From Camelus dromedarius (lineage: Eukaryota): a stretch of DNA of 64,000 nucleotides. The stretch is taken from positions 29,080,001 through 29,144,000 of the forward strand of contig NC_087436.1 of the NCBI RefSeq assembly GCF_036321535.1, given 5' to 3'. The notes under the pieces are model-generated. The model searched no databases. It was not told the origin of the DNA and was given only the letters and a program-made list of their open reading frames with translations. The position numbers and the translations under genes were made by a program. Below, piece by piece: positions 40,601 through 52,690 of the stretch (position 1 is the stretch's first letter; the number at the start of each line of letters is the position of its first letter).

Positions 40601-41639
40601 GTGTCCTGACAAAGTTTTTTTTTTTTTTTTAACTCTATCGAGGTATAATTGACTCACAGTAAACTGTGCATATTTAAAGTGCATTATTTGACAGTTTTGG
40701 AATATGTATGTCCTTGGAAATCATCACTCTCAAAATACTAAATACAGCAAGCAGCCCTTAAATTTCCTTATGCTTCTATTTGTACCTTCTTCCTACCCCT
40801 CCCAACCCTTCACCATACCTCAAGGCAACTACTTACCTGCTTTCTGTCAATAGTATTTATTTTTCATATTCTAAAATTTGACATAAGTGAAAATACATAG
40901 TATGTTTACATTGTTTATATTACCTCTTGTTTATCTGGCCTGTTTCATTCCACATAGTTATTTTGAAAATTCAGGTTTTGTATATATCACAAGTTTGTTC
41001 CATTTGTTCCTGAGTAGTATTCCATTATGTGGATATACTGTAGTTTATTTTATCAGTCACCTATTGATGTACATTTGGTCATTTCCAGTATGGGGCTATC
41101 ATATGCATGCTGTGACTATCCATGCACAAATCTTTGTATGGACATATGCTTTCATCTGTCTTGGAAAGAGCCTGGCAATTTTATGGCTGGGTTATGTGGT
41201 AAGTGTTTTAACTTCGTAAGAAACGGTCACACTTTCCAAAGTGGCAGTACCATTTTCCATTGACATTACCGGTGTATGAGAGTTCTAGCTGCTCCACTTC
41301 CTTACCAGTACTTGGAATGGATAGCCTTTCTAATGGGTGTGTAGTAGTATTTCATTGTGGTTTTACTTTTCATTTTTCTAATCATGTTGAACATTGTTGT
41401 ATATGCTTATTTTTCATCCCTATATTTTCTTCAGCAAAGTGTCTGTTCAAATATTTTGTCCATTTATTTCTTGAATTGTTTGCCTTCTTACTAATCAGTG
41501 TGAGTTCTTTATATATTTTGGACGCAAGTCCTTTATTACATATATAGTCACAAATAGTTTTTTCCAAACTGTAGCTTGTCTTTTCATTCTCTTATCAGTG
41601 TTGTATGAAGAGGGGAAGTTTTAAATTTTCATAAAGCAC

Positions 41640-42133
41640 TGTGAACGAAAACTACAGACCATATCAGTAAACTAAGAATGCTGAATCCATCAAGTCATCA
41701 GCAGCTGCCACCACCCTCTAGCGAAGACAAGCCTGCAGCCCAGCCTCTGCAGCCACTCACAATGGTGCACCCTGAGGGGACTCAGAATAAGAAAGGGCAG
41801 GATACTAGCCCTAGATAGCTGGGTGCTTGTCAAAGGAATGAATACAATGAGCCCAAATGTTTGCTCCCTCCCATACATAGAAAAGCACTAAATTCTTTAA
41901 CTTGAGTTGTCTGGTTTTCTTCAGTTAACAAGTAATCTTTTAATGTTACAACTACCTGATCTTTGTTGTAAAATTCCTATATATCCTAGCTCCTCCCCTA
42001 TCTCTTAGGAGAATCCCTCAGAGCGATCTGAGAGGCTGTCATCCTGGGCTCCAAGGGATTTGAGTCCTCAGAAATGTCCGCTAAATAAAACATAACTCTC
42101 AACTTTTAGGCTGTGCATTTATTTCAGTTGACA
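41640..42133 (+). mobile_element. ERV solo LTR, copy A (ERV1-like, 4-bp TSD)
   Basis: TGTGAACGAA...TTCAGTTGACA termini; TATATAT at ~41978 and AATAAA at 42084-42089. Flanks GCAC/GTAC; L1 sequence resumes on both sides. Confidence 0.9.
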
Positions 42134-42376
42134 GTACAAATTTTGATTTTTTGATGTCATATTAAAGAAAGGTTGGCCTAACTCAAATTCACAAATATTT
42201 TCTCCAGTGTTTTCTCCTACAAATTTTAATTTTAGGTTTTATATTTACACATAAGATATATTTTAATTCAGTTTTTATATGATGCTAGGTATGGATTGAA
42301 ACTTTTCCAGTGAAATGAGGTGAAAAGATTAACCTTTTACTTTTGAATTGTCTTTGCAAGTTTTTCAAAAATCTGT

Positions 42377-42854
42377 TGTCAACTGAAATAAATGTGCAGC
42401 ATAAAAGTTGAGAGTTGTTTTATTTGGCGGGAGGACTTGAGCCGGGTTGACAGCCTCTCAGATGGCTCTGAGGGACTGCTCCGAAGAGGTAGAGGAGAAG
42501 CTAGGATATATAGGAGCTTTATAACAAAGATCAGGTAGTTGAAACAATAAAAGATTACTTATTATCTGAAGAAAATCAGGCATCTCATGTTAAAGAATTT
42601 AGCGCTTTTCTGTGTATGGGAGGAAGCAAACATCTGGGCTCATTGAATTCATTCCTTTGACAAGCATCTAGCTGTCTAAGGCCAGTATCCTGTCCTTTCT
42701 TATTCTGAGTCCCCTCAGGGTGCACCATTGTGTGTGGCTGCAGAGGCTGGGCTGCAGGCTTGTCTTCGCTGGGGGGTGGCGGCAGCCTCTGATGACTTGG
42801 TGATTTCAGCATTCTTTGTTTACTGATAATGGTTTGCAGTATTCTTCATTCACA
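42377..42854 (-). mobile_element. ERV solo LTR, copy B (same family as copy A, opposite orientation)
   Basis: TGTCAACTGAAATAAATG...TCATTCACA is the reverse complement of copy A along its length. Flanks CTGT/CAGT reconstitute the L1 TCAAAAATCAGTTGACCATAT. Confidence 0.9.
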
Positions 42855-43852
42855 CAGTTGACCATATAAATGGGTCTATCTGTAGTCTCTCTATTCTGTG
42901 CCACTGATTTATTTTTATAACTAAATGATAGTACCACATTGTGTTGGTATTATTTCTTCTTAAGTATTGGGTAAAATTTTCCAGAAAAGCCACCAGGTCC
43001 TGGGCTTTTCTCTGTGTGGGAAGATTTTTAACTACAAATTCAATTTGCTTAATAAATGCAGATCTATTTATTTATTTCTTCATGACTGAGCTTTGATATT
43101 ATATAATCTTTCAAGGAATTTTTCCACTAATCTAAATTGTTGAATTAAATGGCACAAGATCATTGATAATTTCTTACCTTTCAATCTGTGTAAAATCCAT
43201 TGTGATGTTATCTCTCTCACTTCTGATACTAATAATTTGTGTCTTCTCTCATTTTTCTTGATAAGGTTGGCTAGAAGTTAATTGATTTTATGTATCACTC
43301 AAAGAACCAGAGTTAGATTACATTTACTTTCTCTAGTGTTTTCTTGTTTGTTTATTTTCTTCTCCATTCATTTCTTGATTTTTATTATCTCTCCTGGTAA
43401 CTATGGACTTAATTTCCCCTTCAAATTGTAGTTTCTTAAGGTAGAAGCTGAGAACATTTATTTGAAACCTCTTCTTTTTTGACAGGACTTTAAATTTAAG
43501 TTTTCACTTCTTTATTGGCATTCTAGACATTCTGATAAGCTATGTTTCCATTTCCATTCAGTTAAAAAGGATCCCTCATTTCCCTTTTTGTTTTTTAGAT
43601 TCCACAGATAAGTGAGGTCATCAGGAGAGAGTTTATCATGAATGGGTATTAGATTTTGTTAAATGCTTTTTCTGTATTGAATAATATGATTATATGATTT
43701 TCTCCGTTAGCCTGTAGATGTGAGAGCTTATACTGATTTATATTTGAATGTTGAAACAGACTTGTTTGCCAGAAATCATTCTCACTTGCTTGTGGTACAT
43801 CATTCTTCTTGCACAATGCTGGATGTGATATCTTAATATTTCGTTGTACATA

Positions 43853-44303
43853 TGTTACGGAAACGACAGGCCAGTGAAGAAACAAGCACCACTCGGAGGG
43901 TTGGAGTACTCAGATGTATTACACCGGCGGGCTCAGAGGGGCTTCTGCTCCGAAGCTCTGAGCACCTTCAAGATGTGCACGTGAGGTTTTATAGGGTAAA
44001 GTACAAGCTTGGGGTATTGGGCCAATAGGCATGGAACAGCTTTAGCAGCATCATCATCACAAAAGTGGAGGCTGGGAGGCAGCAAACCAACATTCCAAAG
44101 CCAGATATGTATCTTTGAAAATCCAGCTGGCTAGCAAAAAAACGAACAGCAAACCAACACTAATTAACCTAGATTTACAAGTTAGTCCAGCAGAACTCAG
44201 ATCAGTATTCCAATACTTAGACTTGTTAGTCCAGCCCAGCCTCTCCTTCACATTCCTAGACTTATGAGTTATCTTGTCAGACCAGCCCGGTTTTTCCTTC
44301 ACA
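43853..44303 (-). mobile_element. ERV solo LTR of a different, CpG-retaining (younger) family
   Basis: Minus strand reads TGTGAAGGAAAAACCGGG...CCGTAACA, with CCAAT, TATAAAA (plus strand TTTTATA at ~43987-43993) and an AATACA poly(A)-like signal. Flanks CATA/CATG. Confidence 0.85.
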
Positions 44304-44519
44304 CATGTACTATAGCTATGTTCATGACAGATAGTGATCTGTAGTGTTTCTTTCTTGTAATGGATTTATCTGATTTTGCTGGTAGGGTAATGCTGGTCTC
44401 ATAAAAAGAGTTAGAAAGTTTTCTCTTCCTTATTTTCTGGAAGAGATTGGATAGAATTGACAACATTCATCTTTAAAATTTTGATAGCATTCATTGTCAA
44501 AAACATCTGGACATGGTGA

Positions 44520-45390
44520 AAATTTGTGTTTATCTGGTTTGAAGTTGGGTTGTTTTTAACTTTTTCTGGAGTTGTAGGTTCCAAGCCTTCTGATTCCTTC
44601 CTTTGCTGTCCTGCTTCTTGTTTTTTCTGTGGTCCCTGGGCTTTCTTAATAATTCCTCCTTAGATAGTTTGAGTCCTGGTGCTCTCTTAGCTCTAATCCA
44701 TCATTATTCAGCTGAAGCCCTGTTGGTGTGGAAAAGGTGAGGGAGGGGGATGTTCTATAACCTAGTGCTTATGCAGTTTATTCCCCCCTCCCCATAGTAG
44801 GTGAGATCAGAAGCCTAGAGGAGCCAGTAATTGGGGAAATCCCTTTCCCTTATTTAGGGTACAGCTCTAGTAAAGCCTTTTCCTCTGGAGTATTCACCTT
44901 GTTATGGAGAACACACTTGGATTATTCCAAAATATTTACATTTCCCCTCCGCTCACCGGAACCATGAAGGCACATTTTTGGCTCTCCACTGTGAGAACTC
45001 TGGGGAGGGGGAGATTCCTGGAGGGGAAACTCACAAAAATCTGTGGGCTTCTCTAAGACTTTGTCCCTCAGGATTTTCTCATTCTCATGCTAATCAACAG
45101 TCAGCTTCCAGCATGCCATTAAAATTATCATTAGATACCCCATCAATTTATATTTCCAGTAATTTCTGTTCCAAGGGAGCTGATCTCAACTGTGACTCTG
45201 GACTCATCTTTCTGCATGTTTTTCAGTGGCTTTTTGCCCTGCTGCTTCAGTTCTCCAATGTGTCCAAGAAAAGTCATTGTTTTTCTGTTTCTCCATCATT
45301 GTTGTTATTGTCATAGTGAGGGCAGTGGTGACAACTTCCAGGCTGTTTACATGTCACCACTGAAGCCAGAGGTCCTGTGGTATGATTACT
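44520..45390 (-). mobile_element. Old L1M 5'-region-like fragment
   Basis: TCCCCCCTCCC...GGTGAG; TGGCTCTCCACTGTGAGAAC; CTTCAGTTCTCCAATGTGTCCAAGAAAAGTCATTGTTTTTC...GTGACAACTTCCAGGCTGTTTACATG...GAAGCCAGAGGTC. Confidence 0.55.
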
Positions 45391-46339
45391 TCAGTCTTTA
45401 ACTTACTTTGAAGTATTTCAGTTTACAAGTATATTTCAATCTACAAGTATGTTCTTCCTTATATAAAGCAGACTTTTATAATTGAAGAAAAAATAAAGCT
45501 ATGGAGATCATTGTATATTTAACTATATTGAACCTATGCAGTATACTCTAAGATATGTAGTACTGGATTAATACTGTGTTTAATAATGAAAACGTTTTGA
45601 GTGAAGTTTGTTTCTAGCCTTTCAAGATATGTTGCTATTGGCAGCAAGTTATAAAGGCTCTTTGGATGAATATTGCCTTGCCTGGTCAATTCTCCGTTTT
45701 GTTATTTGCAATTTCAAAGTAGCTGGCAAAGTACACATCAAATAAGGACCCCATCACTGTGAATGAACACTGACTAAAACAGTGCTCTCCATTTAAGTGT
45801 CTTGCCAAGGTACTTCAAACACTTCTTGTATTAAATTTTTTAAAAGAGACTTACATACCAGATGGAAAGCTGGATTTCATTGTCTCAATGCTCTCTATCA
45901 AATCTAAGAGAAGACGTGTTGCTCTTGGTTAATTTTAGCTGAAATTCTGCAATAATTATTTCTGGCATTTTGGATGGGCTGAAACCTCCAACTTTACAGT
46001 TTATAGCATGAAACCCCTTTCTGTCCCCCAAAACTATATGACACGTAATTATTTCAAGTATTTAAAATTCAAATTACAGTTATTTTAGAGTTCTGTGAAA
46101 CTCATTGTGATAATTAGGGATCTGTCTAAAGCAAACTGACTACATATCTAACTGTCAGGTTTCGGAACTGGTAGAGGCAGGGCAGCTAGCAAAATGACAG
46201 CGCGCTCCTGCTCTGCCTTCCCAAATCTCTACGGCGTGTCCTCTGAGTGTGGAATTGGTTTTTAGGAATGTCAAAAAGAAGTTGGCCTTTACTGTTTCTT
46301 TGCTGAATTTGATTTTTACAACAACAATAAAACAGAAGA

Positions 46340-46580
46340 GCGATTCTGAGGGCTAGACTATTTGCATACTTGCTCTGCTGTTCACGATTTGACATGTCTC
46401 AGTTTGAATCCTGACTGTTACGTAGCTTTGTTAGTTCGGGCAAGTTACTCAATCATTCTATGTCATTTAAAAGTTGAGAAAATATATTAATTTTTGTTCT
46501 TTGTAAGAGCTGGATTAATATGTAAAGTGATTTGAATACTGAAATTGTCCATACATGTAAGTGTTTACTAGTATTGTTAA
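46340..46580 (+). mobile_element. MIR SINE
   Basis: GTTTGAATCCTGACTGTTAC...TCGGGCAAGTTACTCAATCATTCT...ATATGTAAAGTGATTTGAATA. Confidence 0.6.
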
Positions 46581-47234
46581 GATTTTGCTGTAATAATAAA
46601 CAAAGCATACTATCAAATTCACATATAGTTTATTTACAGAGATTTCCATAAAAAAGAATTGCTTTGGATTGTTAAAAAAAATAATGACTTCAATAAAGCA
46701 ATCTTTTTGTACGACATGTCAAAACCAATATTGAAAATCACTCCATGAACAACAAAATTAATCAGTTTTCCAGTTTAGCCCTTTCTTCCTCTACATAGTG
46801 ACCTTACTTTTTATTCACATCTTATTTCTCGAAATATGACAAAATCTTGATATTTTCTACTTGAAGTAGAAATTAAAATATTCAGCAGTCATAAATATGA
46901 GCCATATTCACTCTGGTGTTTCTCTAGAGAGGCTCAGATTACAAAATGGTTCATTTTTAACTCCTACTAGGATAGATTCAGAACACATACTAGGAAAGGC
47001 AAAACATATTAGATGATGTGAGATATGTTAGCACATCATTACAGCCTAGATTGGAAATGGCTTTTTGATTAATTTCTGTGTTTTTTTATCAGAGGTCTTA
47101 CTCTTAAGTGCTCTATGTGCCACTTGGATTTAAGGTATTACTTTGTCTTTTTGTAGGGTTTATAAGTTTCCACTTTCCATATCTTTCTTCTCCTTAATTA
47201 GATGTCTCTCTTATCTACTCTCTTTTCTTTATAG

Positions 47235-47275
47235 ATGTCATGCTCGTTAATGGTTTTGCAAAGTCTGCTCAGCAG
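47235..47275 (+). other. Candidate 41-nt exon with GC-type donor
   Basis: Long pyrimidine tract ending TCTTTTCTTTATAG|, then CAG|GCAAGT (consensus GC-AG donor). Open as (D)VMLVNGFAKSAQQ. Confidence 0.3.
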
Positions 47276-47823
47276 GCAAGTCCCTAAAATGAAGAAACAG
47301 CAGATGTTTGGGCCAGTGATTCAGACTTTTGATGGTGGCCTTTTGTCTGCTGTCAATACTTACTGACAATGAATACACTGGTTAGGAGATGAACTCTATT
47401 TTTTAAGATCATTGCTGGTCTGTAAAAACAAAGATAGGTTTCAGTGTTTTTCTGTCATCTTTTGAGAAGGACAGCTTTTGTGATCACTCATGTAATAAAA
47501 TAATTAGGATTTCCTCAATACTGCTGCAATCTGTATGTGAAGATAGCACATCACTATATTTTCATACTTTGAAAGATGAGCTTCAGGATACACAGTAGCT
47601 GGAATAAACAAACCTCTGCCCGCTGGCAGCTCTTAACCTTTTGTGGAACTCTTGGGTTCACTATTCAGTAGGTGTGCAGCTCCAGCTGGCTATTAGGCAC
47701 TTTTGGTTAAGAATAGATCTAGCTGAGTGCTTTATAAAGGAAGAAATATTGATAATGTTTTAGTGACCACACAGCCTCAAAGATCTCTATTAGATTATTT
47801 TAAGAAAGAGGAGAGTATTATAG

Positions 47824-47996
47824 ACCATTGGCTGTCAACCTGGATGTGCATGAGAATCATCTAGGGGTATTTTTGAAAAATCCTGAAGCCAAGGGTCTAC
47901 CTCCAAAGATTCCCATGTAGTTAGCTGTAGATGGGACCTGGGAACTGGGATTTTGGAAAGTAACAGTTATACACAGCCAGAGTTGCAAACCAGTGG
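47824..47996. mobile_element. MER5-family hAT MITE
   Basis: CCATTGGCTGTCAACCTGGATGTGCATGAGAATCATCTAGGGG...AAAAATCCTGA...CAGCCAGAGTTGCAAACCAGTGG. Confidence 0.75.
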
Positions 47997-49379
47997 GTTG
48001 GGGAATCCAGTCACTATATACTAAGTGTGTCCCTTTAGATTGATACCTAATGGCCCTGAGTTCAAAAGTAAAGGTTTCATGCTCCCCACCCCATCCTGGC
48101 TCTGTCAGAGCAGCATGCTTAGTTTTGATAAACAACAGTAATGATGAGCAACATGGAAATTGCTTACTAATATAATAATCACTGCTGGACTTTTTTTTTT
48201 TTTTTAATCTTGATGAGCACAACTGAGTTTTTGAAACAGAAAAAAGGCCTGCAATTAACTCTATTATTTACAGCCACTGTGATTTGCCAGCAGAGTCTAA
48301 CACTTGCTGGGTCAAATGGTGTCTGAAGAAGCATTTGTCATTTACTTTCTCTGCTTGATCTCTTTATGTTGAATAAATGTGCCCAGTAGAAATAAAGTGT
48401 GATGTGCTATGACTGATGAGTCATGTTAGTATGCATTCCATGTAGCTGATCCTTGTGATAAAGCTGCAAAATACTTTTCTCATTTTAAAGCTTTGAAAAT
48501 TAAATCTCAAAACATTTTTCTCTGAACATTGTTAACATGAGTGTTAATCCAGGGTATGTGAGTTAACACATTCACCTATACTCCAGAAATAATTTACTTG
48601 TTTTCAGAGAACAGCATGCTGTTTATGTCAGTTGATTTCTGATTTAAACCTAATTCCCAGAGTTGTATAATTGTTACTCCAAGACTGTATACTAGGGAAT
48701 CTTCACCTCCCTGGTAGTAGTCGTGCAGATCAATTGTGAGCTGCCTGATTGCTGGTTGAGTGTTTCCTTTAAGATGAGTTGATACTAGTTATACTTTCGA
48801 GTCAGTTTTATATCATTCTATGCGATAGTTTAAAAAGTTGGTAGAAATTAGGCTATTTCCAAGTTATACTTTTAAACTAAAGTGCTGTGCAATTTAGTTG
48901 TGTTTCCAAAGGTAGTTCTATAATTTGTAAGAAAGCTTATCTTGTAATATACTAAAGACTCAAGCTTAAACTATATTACTCAATCTTCTTTCAATACTTT
49001 CACTGTAGAACTGCATAACTTTGGAGAAAACATTAAAACTAGTTTTGAGGGCCTAAAGGAACACGTAATTCTTTTCTCCTATAACCTCAATCCCAGAATA
49101 TGCTTTGCATATAAACATCATCAAAATTTTTTTATTTCACTAGATCATTAAGATCAGATCAGCTGCTTACGTTATCATAAATGAAGTGGGCGTTATGACG
49201 TGCTTTTCTGAGCTGTACCCTATCATGGTAATATTTTTCAGTTCCTCTGGAAATGTTATATAAGACAATTCACTCTTGTGACTGTATCCCTGAAAAATAG
49301 AAACCATCTAACAAACTCATTACACTTTTTTGACAGCAGGCCTAAATTTCCACCTCTACCATCTCTATCACCATTTACT

Positions 49380-50215
49380 TAGAATGGAGGAGGAGTTACT
49401 TCTTATCCAAAGCTAATCCCTTCATTTACAGTCTGGGCTGGTTTTTCATGCCCCTCTCACCTGTACCTCCAACTGGCCACCGAATCGGATTTATTCTTGC
49501 TCTGGAGTAGTCCTGAAACCATTCCAGTTTTATCTACCTCCAGTGCCAACATCCATATCTTAACTTGACTATTATGATAGCTTCATAACTCCTCATCAGT
49601 CTCCCAAATGTCTACTTTCTAGTTAATTTATAACATGAAACTCAAGTGATCTTTGAAAAATGCAAACTGATCATATCCTTCTTGAATCAAAATGATTCAA
49701 AAACTTTTCATTATGCTTAACATAAAACTTCAAAACATTAGCATGGCCTGCAGAATCCTACATCACCTGGCCTAAGATTCCCTGTCCAGTTTGATTTCTT
49801 CTTCTTTTATTCTGTGCTCCAAACATACCTAACTTTTCTTGGATTTCCTTGAACAAACCTGCTCACATTTTGCTTAGAGATTTACTACAAGTTGTTTCCA
49901 TTTCTCCAGATCCTCTTAGAGCCTAATTGTTACTCATTCTTCAAATTATACCTTATTTATTACCTTTTAGAAATTATTTCATGGAGTCTTAGCTGGGTGA
50001 AGAGCCCCTGTTATTTACCCCCCTAGCGCCCTGCACTGCCCCTCAAAGTGTCTGTCACAGACTTAATGTCTGTGTTCTCTGCTTGGCTGTGAATTGCCAA
50101 AGGATTCTTGTCTTCCCTTTTTGCAGTTTTGTCCAAGGTAACTAGCTCAGTGCTTGGGACATAGTGAATGAACAGTATACATTTGTAAAATGGTAAATAA
50201 ATAATTGAATTGAAT
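49380..50215 (+). mobile_element. LINE-2 3' portion
   Basis: GTGATCTTTGAAAAATGCAAACTGATCAT...AGCATGGCCTGCAGAATCCTACATCACCTGGCC...CTAGCTCAGTGCTTGGGACATAGTGA...AAATAAAT. Confidence 0.75.
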
Positions 50216-51479
50216 TAAATTTTTTTATTTTGGTATCTAGTTGTATTTATTACTAGAAATATATTATCAGGTAGTCTGTAACATTGAAAGTGGCTTGCCG
50301 CCACACAGAAAGATGTATTAAGTACATGCAGTTTTTTAATGAGGCAAACTCATGACAAAGGAATACATATGGTCCTGTAAGAAAACATTTTTACATATGA
50401 GAAGTTAAAGAGAGAATGTTTTTAGAACCATTGGATTGCTGCCACATGTTGTTCCAAGTTCATGTCAGAGTAAAGGGAACATAACTACCACACAGGGAGG
50501 TCATTGTATGAGAGTGATATTCAACAATCCACTTGACATGTTTCAGATGTTATGGTTAAACTACCCTGCTCCCCTGCTCTAAAATGTCTGTTACAGAAGG
50601 AGTAAGGTATTTCAGAATATGAGACAATTCCTTAATTTCTGATTAATTTACAAATGGTCAAAGGACTACTGACAGGTCAAATAAAACACGTTAAGTGGGA
50701 AGGGTTGATTTGGGTTTTGCAAACAGATAGGTTACAATGCTGGGTTATAATTCAGAGGGGTTAGAGATTTTTCCTCTTCTGTTATGCCTGTGTTTTACTT
50801 CCTGTTGGATCTAAGTTAATTCATAATTTTAGACCAGGATTGTTTAGATTAACCACAGCGAGCATTTTGAGTAAACTGTCTTAATTCATTTTATTTCTCA
50901 TTTGACTTCAGACTCTTCTAACTTGATTTCCATTTTGGCCTTACCCTTTAGTTAGTAGGAGTGATATTATTATTTAGTCTCTGCATTTAAGAGAAATTTT
51001 TTTGTTTCCCTCTTAAGAACTTGTCCATGTTGGAATGTTCCCATGGTATTATAGATTCCTTTAAAACAGATATAGGAGTGAAAAAATGGAATAAAAAAAG
51101 AAATGGGCCCTTTAAAGTTTTATAAAGAAACTCAACAAATCTTACCATATATACATATATGTACACATCTATTACGTATGCTATTAGGTACCATCCGTAT
51201 CTATAAAATAGAAAATACAGAAATAATATAATGTGCCCTCTATTTTTAACTTTTTCTTTATTCCATTATCCTAATTCAAACATTATATTTTATGAATGTT
51301 GTCTATAAAATGTGTAGATACTTGGATTTAGCAGCAGAAAACCACCATGGGAATCTGAAAGCAGTTCAGTACTCACATACACCCTCACCATGACATTTTC
51401 ATTCCATAAAATCTGGAGTGTAGGAATACAACCTTTTGAGTTATGACTTTGGCAATCAGAATTTTCAAGTGACATTTGT

Positions 51480-51660
51480 GGCAGCAACATGAAACTGGGA
51501 GGCAGTTTAATAGTTTAGAAAGATTGCTGCCTTGGATAGATTCCGCTCTGCCATTTGCTAGCTTTGTGACATTGAGCAAAGCACTGTATCCTGCCTTGCT
51601 TTACATTTCCCGTTTATTAAATGAAGGATAACTGCGGTTGCTCAGTGAACCTTAGTTACT
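51480..51660 (+). mobile_element. MIR SINE
   Basis: GCTCTGCCATTTGCTAGCTTTGTGACATTGAGCAAAGCACT...TAAATGAAGGATAA. Confidence 0.65.
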
Positions 51661-52690
51661 AATGTATCACAAATGTGAAATTAATATGCTAAAATAATGA
51701 ATCCTAAGCAGTTTAGGTCTGTTGCTTACGCGTCTGTGGACCTTTGTCCTTCCTCCTACAGGCTTGCTGAAGGTAGTGCGGTTCCTGGCAGGCTTCTGGC
51801 AGTGAGTGGTGGGGCAGTTGAATTTGCTGTATCGTTACATTGAAGGGTGCCTTCAGGATCCCACATTTATGGTGAATAGATCTCCATTCTGCAGCCCCTG
51901 GGGAACATAGCCTGCATTTGGTTTCTGGTGATGTGCTGCCTCAGCAGAAAAACCTGGAGTTCAAGGTCCCAGGGTTAGGAAGTGCCCTCATGGCAAATGT
52001 AACTTCAGGAATAATCAATTCTTTGGGTTGGATCTGCTTTCCAAAACCATTTACTGTCACTTGGATTTGGGCCAGAAAATTGTATTTTATCATCTTTTAA
52101 ATTCATTTTTAAGTGATTTTTGGTGAAAGAGGGTCCTAATACCTAGCCAGCCGTTTCCTATTGACCATAAACAAAGCTACCTCTCAGCCATATTCCTGGA
52201 AATGGAAGTTTCTATGTGTGTCTTAACTTTAATTTATATTCCAAAAGTAACAAAAGTGCTTTGAGAGTGCTACAGGACCTCCTATATTGTAGCATAGAAT
52301 ATGTATGTTAGATTAGGTTAAGCCAGGTAACACTCTTTTACATCAAGTAATGCGTGAACACTGTCTGGAATGAAGACCATGGGTTAGGTAGGTGAAGAAG
52401 TGGGAAATGGCAGAGGGAATTGTAACTTTGAAGTCACAGGCATAGTTCAATAAAATGTTTTGTGGATATTAGAAATAATTAATATCTTAAATGATCTAAT
52501 CATAAATTTTCCATTTTTAATGTTACGAATTGAAGTGACACAAAGTATTTTGAATAAATACTTTGTTTAGCTTCAGATACTGCTTTAGGAATTCAGAGTG
52601 AGTGATGATTAAGATACCTGCTTGCATAAACATTGTATTAGGAGGAGATAATAAATAAGTAAATAAAAATGGAGCCAGCGTTTTCAGATT

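Larger units (their letters stand above)
40616..44520 (-). mobile_element. L1 (L1MB/L1MC-like) 3'UTR and ORF2 remnants, interrupted by three solo LTRs
   Basis: Poly(T) at 40616-40630, then GAGGTATAATTGAC...AAACTGTGCATATTTAAAGTG. The minus-strand ORF MEKTICDYICNKGLASKIYKEL...KWTKYLNRHF resembles the L1 ORF2 C-terminus. Confidence 0.9.

Noticed and set aside
41382..41567. ORF with clear protein similarity (KGLASKIYKEL...LNRHF)
   Set aside because: Dead L1 ORF2 C-terminal fragment; the same applies to 16239-16496.
41640..42854. LTR pair as the two ends of one provirus or as TIRs of a DNA transposon
   Set aside because: Proviral LTRs are direct repeats. Here they are inverted, each has its own TSD, and the spacer is continuous L1 sequence.
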